This document shows positions 27,442 to 36,145 of a stretch of 64,000 bases of DNA, one piece after another. The stretch is taken from contig JBFWNT010000018.1 in assembly GCA_050250915.1 (NCBI GenBank), positions 6,591 through 70,590 on the forward strand, in the 5' to 3' direction. The stretch is from Thermoleophilia bacterium. GTDB lineage: Bacteria; Actinomycetota; Thermoleophilia; Miltoncostaeales; Miltoncostaeaceae. The stretch's first letter is position 1; each line of letters starts with the position of its first letter. The notes under the pieces are model-generated. The model was not told where the DNA came from. It made no database searches and saw only the letters and a list, made by a program, of their open reading frames with translations. The position numbers and the translations under genes are program-made.

Positions 27442-29240
27442 CCACAGACACCGCACCCGCACCCTCCGGGCGCCGCGCCGCCGGCGTCCACTGGGACCTC
27501 TCCCCCCTCGTCAGCGACGCCGCCGAGGCCCGCGGCCGGCTGGACGCCGCGCTGGCGCGCTCCCGGGCGTTCGAGGCCCGCCACCGCGGCGCCCTGCCCG
27601 GGATGGACGGCCCGGCGCTGGCCGCGGCCCTGGAGGAGCTCGCCGAGATCGACAACGAGCTGTCCCGCGTCAGCTCCTACGCGCACCTGCGCGAGTCGGT
27701 CGACGTGACCGACCAGGAGAACAAGGACCTGTCGGCCGCGATCGACCGGGGGCTCGTCGAGGCGGGCAACGCCCTGCGGTTCTTCGACCTGGAGTGGCTC
27801 GCGCTGGACGACGACGCGGCACGCGCCCTGTACGACGCGCCCGAAGTCGCCCGCGACCGCCACTACCTGGTGGCGATGCGCCGGTTCGCGCCCCACACGC
27901 TGTCGGAGCCCGAGGAGCGGATGCTCGCCGAGCGCGGGCCGGCGGCCGCCAGCGCGTGGCACACCCTGTTCGGGCAGATCACCTCCACGCTCGAGGTGCC
28001 GTTCGACGCCGGCGAGGGCGACGGCGTGGAGCCGCACACCATCGACCGGCTGCTCGCCCACGTGCGCAACCCGGACCGCGACCTGCGCAAGCACGCGCTG
28101 GAGGCACTGTACGACGGCCTCGGCCCCCACCAGGACACGCTCGCGCACGTCTACGACACCCTCGTCGCCGACCGGCTCGCGATGGACCGGCTGCGCGACT
28201 ACGCCGGCCCCATGGACCCGACGCACCTGCGCAACGAGCTCCCCGCCGGGGTGGTGGAGGGGATGATGGACGCGGTCGAGCGCCACTACCCCCTCGCCCA
28301 CCGCTGGTTCCGCGTGAAGGCCGGGATCCTGGGCCTGGACCAGCTGGAGCTGCACGACCAGTACGCGCCGATCGGCGAGGCCCGGGCGGTGGACTACCCG
28401 GAGGCGACGCGGCTCATCGACGCGTCCTTCGGCCGCTTCTCACCCCGGGTCGCGGAGATCGCCGGCGGCTTCTTCGCCGAGCACCGCATCGACGCGGAGC
28501 CGCGGTCGGGCAAGCGCGGCGGCGCCTTCTGCGCGCCGGTGGCGCAGGACGCCTCGCCCTACATCCTCATGAACTTCACGGACCGGATGGACGACGTGAT
28601 GACGCTGGCCCACGAGCTGGGTCACGGCATGCACTTCACCCTGGCGGCGGGCGCGCAGACGGCCCTGTCGTTCGGGACCGGCCTGGCGCTGGCCGAGGTG
28701 CCGTCGACGTTCGCGGAGCTGATCGCGTTCGACCACCTGATGGAGACCGAGACCGACCCGGCGACGCGGCGGGCCCTGGTGTCGGAGCGCGTGGAGGGCT
28801 CGTTCGCGACCGCGTTCCGCCAGACGGTGCTGTCGCGCTACGAGCAGCGCGCCTACGCCCTGCGGGCGGAGGGCTCGACGCTCACCGCCGAGCGCCTCTC
28901 GGACGTCTGGTTCGAGGAGAACCTGAAGTACTACGGCGACGCCCTGCTCCTGCCGGAGGGCTACCGCCTGGGGTGGTCGTACATCCCCCACTTCATCCAC
29001 ACGCGCTTCTACACGTACGCGTATGTCTTCGCGCACCTGACGACGCTGGCGCTCTACGCGAAGTTCCGCGAGGAGGGCGCCGCCTTCGGCGACCGCTACC
29101 TCGGGTTCCTGGCGGCGGGCGGGTCCGCGCCGCCGGCGGAGCTGCTGGCCGGGCTGGGCGTGGACCTGGACGACCCCGACGTGTGGGAGCCCGGGTTCCG
29201 CGAGATGGAGCGGATGGTGGAGGCGGCGGAGGCCGGGTGA
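27438..29240 (+). CDS. pepF: oligoendopeptidase F (M3B)
   Basis: GKRGGAFC, LAHELGHGMH (HExxH), AEVPSTFAE, PHF..FYTYAY. Confidence 0.92.
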   Translation: MTTDTAPAPSGRRAAGVHWDLSPLVSDAAEARGRLDAALARSRAFEARHRGALPGMDGPALAAALEELAEIDNELSRVSSYAHLRESVDVTDQENKDLSAAIDRGLVEAGNALRFFDLEWLALDDDAARALYDAPEVARDRHYLVAMRRFAPHTLSEPEERMLAERGPAAASAWHTLFGQITSTLEVPFDAGEGDGVEPHTIDRLLAHVRNPDRDLRKHALEALYDGLGPHQDTLAHVYDTLVADRLAMDRLRDYAGPMDPTHLRNELPAGVVEGMMDAVERHYPLAHRWFRVKAGILGLDQLELHDQYAPIGEARAVDYPEATRLIDASFGRFSPRVAEIAGGFFAEHRIDAEPRSGKRGGAFCAPVAQDASPYILMNFTDRMDDVMTLAHELGHGMHFTLAAGAQTALSFGTGLALAEVPSTFAELIAFDHLMETETDPATRRALVSERVEGSFATAFRQTVLSRYEQRAYALRAEGSTLTAERLSDVWFEENLKYYGDALLLPEGYRLGWSYIPHFIHTRFYTYAYVFAHLTTLALYAKFREEGAAFGDRYLGFLAAGGSAPPAELLAGLGVDLDDPDVWEPGFREMERMVEAAEAG

Positions 29241-29267
29241 CCCCGGCCTCCGCACTCCTCCGACGAA

Positions 29268-29702
29268 CTACTTCTTGGAGGCCTTCTTGGAGGCCTTGAG
29301 CGGGTTCAGCGCCTTCTGGACCTGCTCCGGCAGCTCCCCGATCGCGTAGAGCTGGCGCCCGCACTCGGTGCGGCGCGTCGGGTGGGCCCGGCAGACGGTG
29401 GGCTCGCTCCAGATCGCGACCGTGCGGTGGCCGCGCTCGCACAGGTACACCTTGGCCTGGCGGCCCGCGACGGGACCGAGGGGCACCGGGATGGCCTCCT
29501 CGAGGAGCTCCTCCTCGGCGGCCTGGATCTCGGGGTCGCCCTCGACGTCGACGTCGGCCGCGGGGTCGGGCGGGCGCTCGTCCCCGGACGCCTCGATCGC
29601 GGCGGCCTCATCGGAGACCTCGACCTCGGCCTCCGCCGCGGGGGCCTCCTCGGCGACCTGCTCCTCCACCGTCTCCTCGGCCGTGGCCTCGGACTCGCTC
29701 AT
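29268..29702 (-). CDS. hypothetical acidic protein with C-terminal Cys/His cluster
   Basis: Glu/Ala-rich N-terminus; YLCERGH..VC..EC; Lys-rich tail; GGAG RBS. Confidence 0.7.
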   Translation of the reverse strand: MSESEATAEETVEEQVAEEAPAAEAEVEVSDEAAAIEASGDERPPDPAADVDVEGDPEIQAAEEELLEEAIPVPLGPVAGRQAKVYLCERGHRTVAIWSEPTVCRAHPTRRTECGRQLYAIGELPEQVQKALNPLKASKKASKK

Positions 29703-29712
29703 GCGTGCTCCT

Positions 29713-30138
29713 TCACCGACTGCTGACGCGTCCAGGATAGCGCGGGCCCTCGCCCCCGTCGGCCTCCCGCTCCAGCGGGATGCTCCGCCGGCCGCGGAGC
29801 CGGTCGAAGTTGGCCATGGCGCGGTCGAAGCCGACGACGCCGGGGTCGAGCAGCGCGCGCGCCCGCCACAGCCGGTACTCGGCGAAGTAGCCGGGGTTCA
29901 CGCCCAGGACGCTGGCGAGCCGCTCCAACTGCTCGGCGGTGGGCGGCGCGCCGGTCCCGGACGACAGCTGGTGCAGCCGGGTGCGGCTGATCGCGATGCC
30001 CTCGGCGCGCAGCAGGCTGCCGACCGCGGACACGGACAGGCTGCGCCGCTCCATCGCCGCGGCGAGGGACACGTGGAGCGGGTCTTCGCTGGCAGCCGGA
30101 AGCGGCGGCCGCGGCTCGGGCACGGGCGACAGGGCCAT
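29713..30138 (-). CDS. XRE-like helix-turn-helix protein
   Basis: SRTRLHQLSSG..PPTAEQLERLASVLGVNPGYFAEYR. Confidence 0.7.
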   Translation of the reverse strand: MALSPVPEPRPPLPAASEDPLHVSLAAAMERRSLSVSAVGSLLRAEGIAISRTRLHQLSSGTGAPPTAEQLERLASVLGVNPGYFAEYRLWRARALLDPGVVGFDRAMANFDRLRGRRSIPLEREADGGEGPRYPGRVSSR

Positions 30139-30221
30139 GGGGGGCGACACTACGCCCCAGACCACGCGGATTGAAAGGGGCTGACGCGGGAAATCCCCCG
30201 CACGGGGTAGGTTCCAGGTAC

Positions 30222-30896
30222 GTGGAGACGCCTGCCGGATTCGACGCGGTCCGCGAGGAGGTGCTCGTCGCAGGCCTGCGGCTGACGGTCGCGCGGCCCC
30301 GCTCGGCGGAGGACCTCATCGACGAGGAGGCGTACGCCGTCGATGAGCGGCTGCCCTACTGGGCGGAGCTCTGGCCCAGCGCGCATGTGCTGGCGGCCGA
30401 CCTGGCGGAACGGGACCTGCGCGGCCGGCGCGTGGTGGAGCTGGGGTGCGGCGTGGGCCTGCCGAGCGTGGTCGCCGCCCTCGGCGGCGCCGACGTCCTG
30501 GCGACCGACTGGTACGACGAGGCGCTCCGCTTCGTCGCCTGGAACGCCGCCGCATCGGGCGTGGGCGGGGATGTCGCGACCCTGCTGGTCGACTGGTCCT
30601 CCCCGCCCCCCGCCCTGCTGGCCCGCCCCCCGGCCGACCTGGTCGTGGGCGCGGACGTGCTCTACGAGGAACGGAACGGCCCGGCCCTCGCGGCCCTGGT
30701 CCCACGCCTCCTCGCCCCGGATGGCGAGCTGGTGGTGGCCGACCCGCGCCGCCCGCACGCCGATCTCCTCCTCGACGCCCTCGTCGCCGCGGGCTGGTCG
30801 CTCGCCACGCACGACGTGCGCCACGGGGCGCGGCAGGACGAGAGCGGACCGGTCGTCCGGCTCCACCGCCTGCGACCGCCTGGTCACGCCGCTTAG
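30222..30896 (+). CDS. class I SAM-dependent methyltransferase (Methyltransf_16/METTL21-like)
   Basis: PYWAELWPSA, VVELGCGVGLPS, ATDW, VVGADVLYE. Confidence 0.88.
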   Translation: METPAGFDAVREEVLVAGLRLTVARPRSAEDLIDEEAYAVDERLPYWAELWPSAHVLAADLAERDLRGRRVVELGCGVGLPSVVAALGGADVLATDWYDEALRFVAWNAAASGVGGDVATLLVDWSSPPPALLARPPADLVVGADVLYEERNGPALAALVPRLLAPDGELVVADPRRPHADLLLDALVAAGWSLATHDVRHGARQDESGPVVRLHRLRPPGHAA

Positions 30897-30935
30897 GTCG
30901 CTCCAGCAGCCGTCCGATACACTGGCCGCGAGCGA

Positions 30936-31007
30936 TCCTCGGTAGCTCAATGGTAGAGCATCCGGCTGTTAACCGGAGGGTTGCAGGTTCGAGTCCTGCC
31001 CGAGGAG
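30936..31007 (+). tRNA. tRNA-Asn (GTT)
   Basis: Cloverleaf: TCCTCGG/CCGAGGA acceptor, GCTC/GAGC D-arm, TCCGG-CTGTTAA-CCGGA anticodon arm, GCAGG-TTCGAGT-CCTGC T-arm; CCA not encoded. Confidence 0.97.
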
Positions 31008-31008
31008 T
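30982..31008 (+). repeat. att core, left copy (3' end of tRNA-Asn)
   Basis: TGCAGGTTCGAGTCCTGCCCGAGGAGT, identical to 60647-60673. Confidence 0.95.
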
Positions 31009-31018
31009 GACGAGGAGA

Positions 31019-31042
31019 GAATCCCGAGGATAAGCGGGATTC
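31019..31042 (+). terminator. hairpin immediately after tRNA-Asn
   Basis: GAATCCCG-aggataag-CGGGATTC, a perfect 8-bp stem. Confidence 0.5.
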
Positions 31043-31248
31043 CGGTGGAGTGTCCAGCCCCTCAAGGGATGTGGAGGGGTGCCGCCGTGGTGTCCCGGTG
31101 ATGGCTGGGCGGTGGCTCGATGCTCTCCCCGCGTCAGGCGCCCGGGCGCCCCTCCCGCCAGATGCTCCCCAGCGGCAACCAGCTCACGGCGGGCGAACAG
31201 TTCTCCCCGCGGAGCCTCGTCGCCGTCGGCACGACATACTGCTGGGCC

Positions 31249-32577
31249 ATGACTACGAACTCCGCCGAGTCTGGTCCCCGAGTGCGCACGGGACGCGCCG
31301 TCCTGCGTGCGTACATGAACCTTCGGGAGATGCCCCTGGGGCCGGCGACCGTCCCGCTCGATGCATCGCGTCGAGCCGGGCAGGCCATAGACCTGGCTCT
31401 CCGTATTCGCCGACACGGTCGGGTCTCGATCGAGGGCGCGGCAACCTTTGCCGCCCTCGCAGGCATCTCGGCTGCGGACCTTCGCCTCCTGGTCCTTCCG
31501 TTGCTCGAGCACGGAGGCATGGTGGCGCTCGAACGAGACGCCGCTGGTGGCGTTCGCGCGCTTGAGGAGCAAGTCGGCGTTGCCGCGCCAGTTCTGGAGC
31601 AGTGCTCGACAATCTGGGAAGCCGTTGGCCCGACGGACCTTGAGCGCTGCGCGATCCAGGCCTCTGACGAGATCTCCTACGCGCCCTACGCTCGAACGGA
31701 CCTTCAGACCCTGCTCGAAGTTGCCGGCCACCCAAGCGAGATACACGAGCAAGCCTTCGTGGTCCTTCGAGCGGTGGAACTCGCCCGTGTGGAGCGTTCA
31801 CCGAAGCTACGCGAGGATGTCTTCTTCAGCCCCTACGTCTGGGGCACAGAGGCGGTAGCGATCGCCGAGTTCCTAGCCGGTCTCCCGCCGAATGAACGCG
31901 CCGCCGTCGCGGCTATCGCCCGACAGGCGGCTGAGCGTCCCTGTGTTCCCGCCCGGCAGCTCGGCGTGCCCGAGAAGATGCTCAACGCAGCGCGCAAGAA
32001 CGGACTGATCGACCTGGCCACAGTCATGACTACGGGAGGCGATGAACGGCAGTTCAGCTTCCCTCCGGGGATGGACAGGCTGGTCGGTGCGCAGTCGACT
32101 GACGCTAACCATGAGCGGAAGCTCTTCACGGCACACATCCTGAACGGCCACCTGTATGGCTATTCCGGAACCGGACGCATCAGAGACCCGCTCGTGTTGG
32201 TCGACGCCCTCATCCGGAACGGAAGCGTGGGACCCGCGTCGGCGATCCGGACGGACTACCCGCTCTTGGAGTCCCACGGGATAGTGCGCGTCGAGAAGGT
32301 CGCGAACAGCAACCGCGCCTTCCTCCACCTGGTCAAGGAGGATGTCGCTCGCGACGCCCGTGACATCCTTTCCCTCGCCTTGGCCGATTCAGATCCCGAT
32401 CCCGGTGGGGACGACCCCATGAGCGCGTTCTGGCTCCCTGGGACCTTCGTGACGCCCGAGCGCAATCGGCAGCAACTCCCTGAGATCGCTGCCGGACCTG
32501 AGGCCGAGATCGTGACCAGTTTGGTTGAGGCACTGCGTGAAGACATTGGCCAGAAGATGCGCGGGGAGAAGGCCTGA
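31249..32577 (+). CDS. hypothetical protein (possibly tandem winged-helix); gene 1 of a candidate defence operon
   Basis: Long ORF with globular composition; start uncertain (31120/31141/31249); stop overlaps the next ATG (TGATG). Confidence 0.8.
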   Translation: MTTNSAESGPRVRTGRAVLRAYMNLREMPLGPATVPLDASRRAGQAIDLALRIRRHGRVSIEGAATFAALAGISAADLRLLVLPLLEHGGMVALERDAAGGVRALEEQVGVAAPVLEQCSTIWEAVGPTDLERCAIQASDEISYAPYARTDLQTLLEVAGHPSEIHEQAFVVLRAVELARVERSPKLREDVFFSPYVWGTEAVAIAEFLAGLPPNERAAVAAIARQAAERPCVPARQLGVPEKMLNAARKNGLIDLATVMTTGGDERQFSFPPGMDRLVGAQSTDANHERKLFTAHILNGHLYGYSGTGRIRDPLVLVDALIRNGSVGPASAIRTDYPLLESHGIVRVEKVANSNRAFLHLVKEDVARDARDILSLALADSDPDPGGDDPMSAFWLPGTFVTPERNRQQLPEIAAGPEAEIVTSLVEALREDIGQKMRGEKA

Positions 32578-33818
32578 TGGCTCCCACCGCCGGCGAGAGA
32601 TTTGAATGTCGGGTGGCGCGCCTCCTCGTCGCAGAGGGCGCCTTTGTCAGGCGGCGGGTCGATCTTCAGCGAAACTGGGGCGACCGCTTCACCATCACCG
32701 ACATCGACCTGTACGTCCTTCGCTTTACGCAACCTCTGCTCGTTCGCCTGTCGGTCGGGGAGTGCAAGACCACGGAGGCTAAGAGCGCACCGGGAATTCC
32801 GGACCGACTCCTTTGGGTTGCGGGCGTCCAACGACTTGTGCGCGCTGACGCAGCGTTCGTCGCTGTTCATCGTCCGGTCAACGCTCGAATGCGCCGTATG
32901 GCAGAGGAACTGGAGTGCCGAATCGTCGATGACCGCGACCTCTCGCGTCGCGAAGCGCTACTGGGCATAGGTGCCGAAGGGCCACCCTTCAGCCATGACG
33001 CTCGCCTTGTCGATCTCGAACACGCCGCTCGGAAGGACGCCAAACGCGAACCTGATCTCGATCGGGTCTACTGGTTCCTCCGGTCAGAGTTCTGGTTCTT
33101 GACGCCCGTGAGCGGCCTCAAGCGCAGCCTCGGCGCTATCCGACTGCTGAGCCGCCAGTGGTCGCCCGATCTCCCGAACCCAAGGCGCCAATGTGTGGAG
33201 TGGCTGACGTTCCACAGCATCGTCGCCTGTGTGGTCTCGCTGGTTCGAGTTGCTGGCGAGGCCTATCGCACCCCTGAGGACACCTTCACGGAACGCTTCT
33301 ACGAACAGCTTTCGGAGGGCAAGGCTGACTACGCGGCTATGGCCGAGATCTCCCAGCTGGTCGACGTTTACGTAACTCAGATCCTGACGGAGGCGGGGCT
33401 TCGTCCGGGCCAGGTTCTGGACGCCCTCGGCGCATTCGCCCCGAAGCCTCCGACCTACGCCGAGCCACTTGGCGAGGTTGTTCTGCGGCTCGCCGGAGCC
33501 CCGTTCGCAGCTGGCCGACTTCCGCAGTACGTCGACGAACTCGTCGCGCGAGAACTCCTATCCGTCGAGGAGCATGCTCAGGACGGCATCGGCGACGACG
33601 TTCCGTCCCGACTCTTCCGACTGGTCCTGGCATTCCTGAAAGGCCAGATTGGGCTGCCTGATCAGCTTGCCGCTCAGCTGCAGCCGTCCGGCGAATCGAA
33701 GCCGACCGAGGCTAAGCCGACGCCGGCCGACTCTGGTCGCGCGGGCTCGGTGCCGGTCCAGGCGCCGGAAGCCGAACCCCAGCTGTTCCAAGAGGAAGGC
33801 GCGTTCGAGGACACTTAG
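32577..33818 (+). CDS. PD-(D/E)xK (restriction-endonuclease-like) nuclease domain protein; gene 2 of a candidate defence operon
   Basis: GERFECRV (helix Glu)..TDIDLY..VGECKT (E-x-K), then ~250 aa helical C-terminal region. Confidence 0.75.
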   Translation: MAPTAGERFECRVARLLVAEGAFVRRRVDLQRNWGDRFTITDIDLYVLRFTQPLLVRLSVGECKTTEAKSAPGIPDRLLWVAGVQRLVRADAAFVAVHRPVNARMRRMAEELECRIVDDRDLSRREALLGIGAEGPPFSHDARLVDLEHAARKDAKREPDLDRVYWFLRSEFWFLTPVSGLKRSLGAIRLLSRQWSPDLPNPRRQCVEWLTFHSIVACVVSLVRVAGEAYRTPEDTFTERFYEQLSEGKADYAAMAEISQLVDVYVTQILTEAGLRPGQVLDALGAFAPKPPTYAEPLGEVVLRLAGAPFAAGRLPQYVDELVARELLSVEEHAQDGIGDDVPSRLFRLVLAFLKGQIGLPDQLAAQLQPSGESKPTEAKPTPADSGRAGSVPVQAPEAEPQLFQEEGAFEDT

Positions 33819-34183
33819 GATCTTCCGGGACTCGTCCGTCGCCGATCGACTCACGCGTCGCGATCTCGTTGTCCTTGCGTGCGAGGGCGTGGCGTCGACC
33901 AAGGATCGCCTTCGTCGTGGCCCCTATGACCGTCCGCACCCTCGCCAACGAGCGGACGCTGCCATCGGTCAAACCACGTGCGGCATTGTCGGTCTCTTGG
34001 GGCGGACGCCTTGTCCTTTCGCAGTTCGGCCTCTGACGAAGGATCTCCTCGGGCTAAGCACCACCTGCCCCCCGCGGACGACTTTCGCTCCGTATCAGGA
34101 GCGAAACTATCCCGATGGGGAGGCGATTCGGCGATGGCACCTCCGTAGCCTCACGCTCCGCTCTTCGACCCTGACAAGGAGCA

Positions 34184-34879
34184 ATGATGGCTTGGAGGCC
34201 TGTGGCGATCGCCGCATCGATCCTGCTCGCCCTGGCCGGCACCGCAGTGGCGGCGCAGTTCACGGCCGACCAGTTCGACGGTGATGACGGTCCGAATCGC
34301 CTGACCGGCACGCCCGCGCCCGACACGATCAACGGCCGAGGGGGCAACGACCAGCTGCGCGGTCTCGCCAGTGGCGACCGCCTCCTGGGCAAGCGTGGCA
34401 ACGATCTGCTGGTCGGCGGCGCTGGGCCCGATCGACTGTTCGGTGGCGCGGGTGCGGATCAGCTGAAGGGTGGGCCGGCCAACGACATCCTGGACGGCGG
34501 CGACGGCTCTGATCGGATAGTCGGCGGTGGCGGCAACGACCTCGTCTTCGCCCGCGCCGGCAACGACCGCATCAACGTCCGCGACACCAAGCAAGACACG
34601 GTCTCCTGCGGCTCCGGCACCGACACGGTGAAGGCCGACCTCAAGGACCGGGTCAACTCCGATTGCGAGACGGTCCAGCGGCCGCAGCCGCCGAGGCCGG
34701 TGCCCGCCCCCTCCCCGGCGCCGCCGGCGCGGTCACAGCCGGGCTACTCGGACGTCTACAACTGCGACGACTTCCCACTGGCAGACGGCACCACCGCTCA
34801 GGACTACCTGAACCTCTACCCGAGCGACCCCTCCGGCCTGGACGGCAACGACAACGGGATCGCCTGCGAGAGCGACTGA
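34184..34879 (+). CDS. secreted RTX/hemolysin-type Ca-binding repeat protein with C-terminal Excalibur-like motif
   Basis: AAGGAG RBS, signal peptide, GGxGxDxL nonapeptides, DTVSCGSGTDTVKAD..DCE, NCDDF..LDGNDNGIACE. Confidence 0.88.
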   Translation: MMAWRPVAIAASILLALAGTAVAAQFTADQFDGDDGPNRLTGTPAPDTINGRGGNDQLRGLASGDRLLGKRGNDLLVGGAGPDRLFGGAGADQLKGGPANDILDGGDGSDRIVGGGGNDLVFARAGNDRINVRDTKQDTVSCGSGTDTVKADLKDRVNSDCETVQRPQPPRPVPAPSPAPPARSQPGYSDVYNCDDFPLADGTTAQDYLNLYPSDPSGLDGNDNGIACESD

Positions 34880-34938
34880 CGGCGGTGGCTCGCCCCGGAC
34901 GCCAGCCGGAACATCGAGGCCACACGCGGCCACGCTGG

Positions 34939-35703
34939 GTGCCGCTACTCCGGGGCGGGCTGCTCGCCGCGTGCCTCGCCTTTGCGACCCTCGCGGGAGC
35001 GTCACACGCGGCGGCGCTGACGCTGCGTGGGACGGTCTCCGATGTCGTCGACGGGGACACGATCAAGGTGATCTCCCGTGGGTTCGAAACCCCGGTCCGG
35101 CTGATCGGGATCGACACTCCCGAGACCCGGGCGCCAGGCAAGCCGGTGCAGTGCTTCGGGCCGGCGGCGAGCGCCCGAACGAAGCGACTGCTCCCTGTCG
35201 GCCAGAAGGTACGTCTGGTCACCGACCAGACCCAGGACACCCGTGACCGGTACGGCCGTCTTCTGGCCTATGTCTTCAAGGCCGGCCGATCCGGGGCGAC
35301 CGGTTCGGTCAACTACTCGCTGGTGCGCTCAGGCCACGCCAAGGTCTACGTCTACGGAGGCGTCCGCTTCCAGTACGCCGTGCCCTTCTTCAAGGCACAG
35401 AACCGAGCGAAGCGAGCCAAGCGCGGACTCTGGGGGCCGCCTTGCCGTGGCAACACGACCAAGGCGGATCCGAATCAGCCACCCTCCTCCCCCACCCCGC
35501 CAGCACCCGCGCCCGGTGAGCCGACCGATCCAAACCCAGCCGAGCCCCGGGCCGGATGCGATCCGAACTACACCGGCGCCTGCATCCCTCCCTACCCGCC
35601 AGACCTCGACTGCGGCGAGATCCCGGACCGCAACTTCCGAAGCGTCGGATCCGACCCGCACAACTTCGATGTCGATCACGACGGCATCGCCTGCGAGGAG
35701 TGA
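34939..35703 (+). CDS. secreted thermonuclease (SNase family) with C-terminal Excalibur-like motif
   Basis: Signal peptide; VVDGDTI, VRLIGIDTPE, DRYGRLLAYV, N..LVRSGHA; DLDCGEI..FDVDHDGIACE. GTG 34939 is the likely start. Confidence 0.9.
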   Translation: MPLLRGGLLAACLAFATLAGASHAAALTLRGTVSDVVDGDTIKVISRGFETPVRLIGIDTPETRAPGKPVQCFGPAASARTKRLLPVGQKVRLVTDQTQDTRDRYGRLLAYVFKAGRSGATGSVNYSLVRSGHAKVYVYGGVRFQYAVPFFKAQNRAKRAKRGLWGPPCRGNTTKADPNQPPSSPTPPAPAPGEPTDPNPAEPRAGCDPNYTGACIPPYPPDLDCGEIPDRNFRSVGSDPHNFDVDHDGIACEE

Positions 35704-35707
35704 CCCC

Positions 35708-36145
35708 TTGAACGCCCTCCGATCCGCCAACGGCCCGGCGACGCCGCAGCGCGCCCCGGTCCTCTGCGTCCTTCTCGCCGCCTCGGCGCTGTTTGGGCTT
35801 GTCAGCTCGGCGTCGGCCGCATCCACGACTAGCTTCCGCAGCCCGAGCGGCAACATCCACTGCTTCCTGACCTCAGACGGGGCCGCGCAATGCTGGGTCG
35901 TGTCGGCCAAGTGCCGCGGATATGAGGGGGCGACGTACGCGTACTCGTGGGCGATGGACGCCACCCGACGACCCTCCCGGTTCTGCCCAGGGGATTTCGT
36001 ACGCGGCCGCCGCGTGCTGGCCTACGGACAGCAGATCATCAAGGGCGGCAACCGCTGCGTCTCCCGCCAAGCCGGCGTTACGTGCACCCGCCAGGCGACA
36101 GGACACGGCTTCTTCCTCAGCCGCGAACGCCAACGGATCTTCTAG
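35708..36145 (+). CDS. secreted Cys-containing protein (DUF6636-like)
   Basis: TTG after GAGGAG; signal peptide; FRSPSGNIHC..CVSRQAGVTC....GHGFFLSR. Confidence 0.75.
   Translation: MNALRSANGPATPQRAPVLCVLLAASALFGLVSSASAASTTSFRSPSGNIHCFLTSDGAAQCWVVSAKCRGYEGATYAYSWAMDATRRPSRFCPGDFVRGRRVLAYGQQIIKGGNRCVSRQAGVTCTRQATGHGFFLSRERQRIF

Noticed and set aside
33649-34284. 211-aa plus-strand ORF bridging the nuclease and RTX genes
   Set aside because: Overlaps both real genes out of frame; Arg/Ser-rich composition typical of spurious ORFs.
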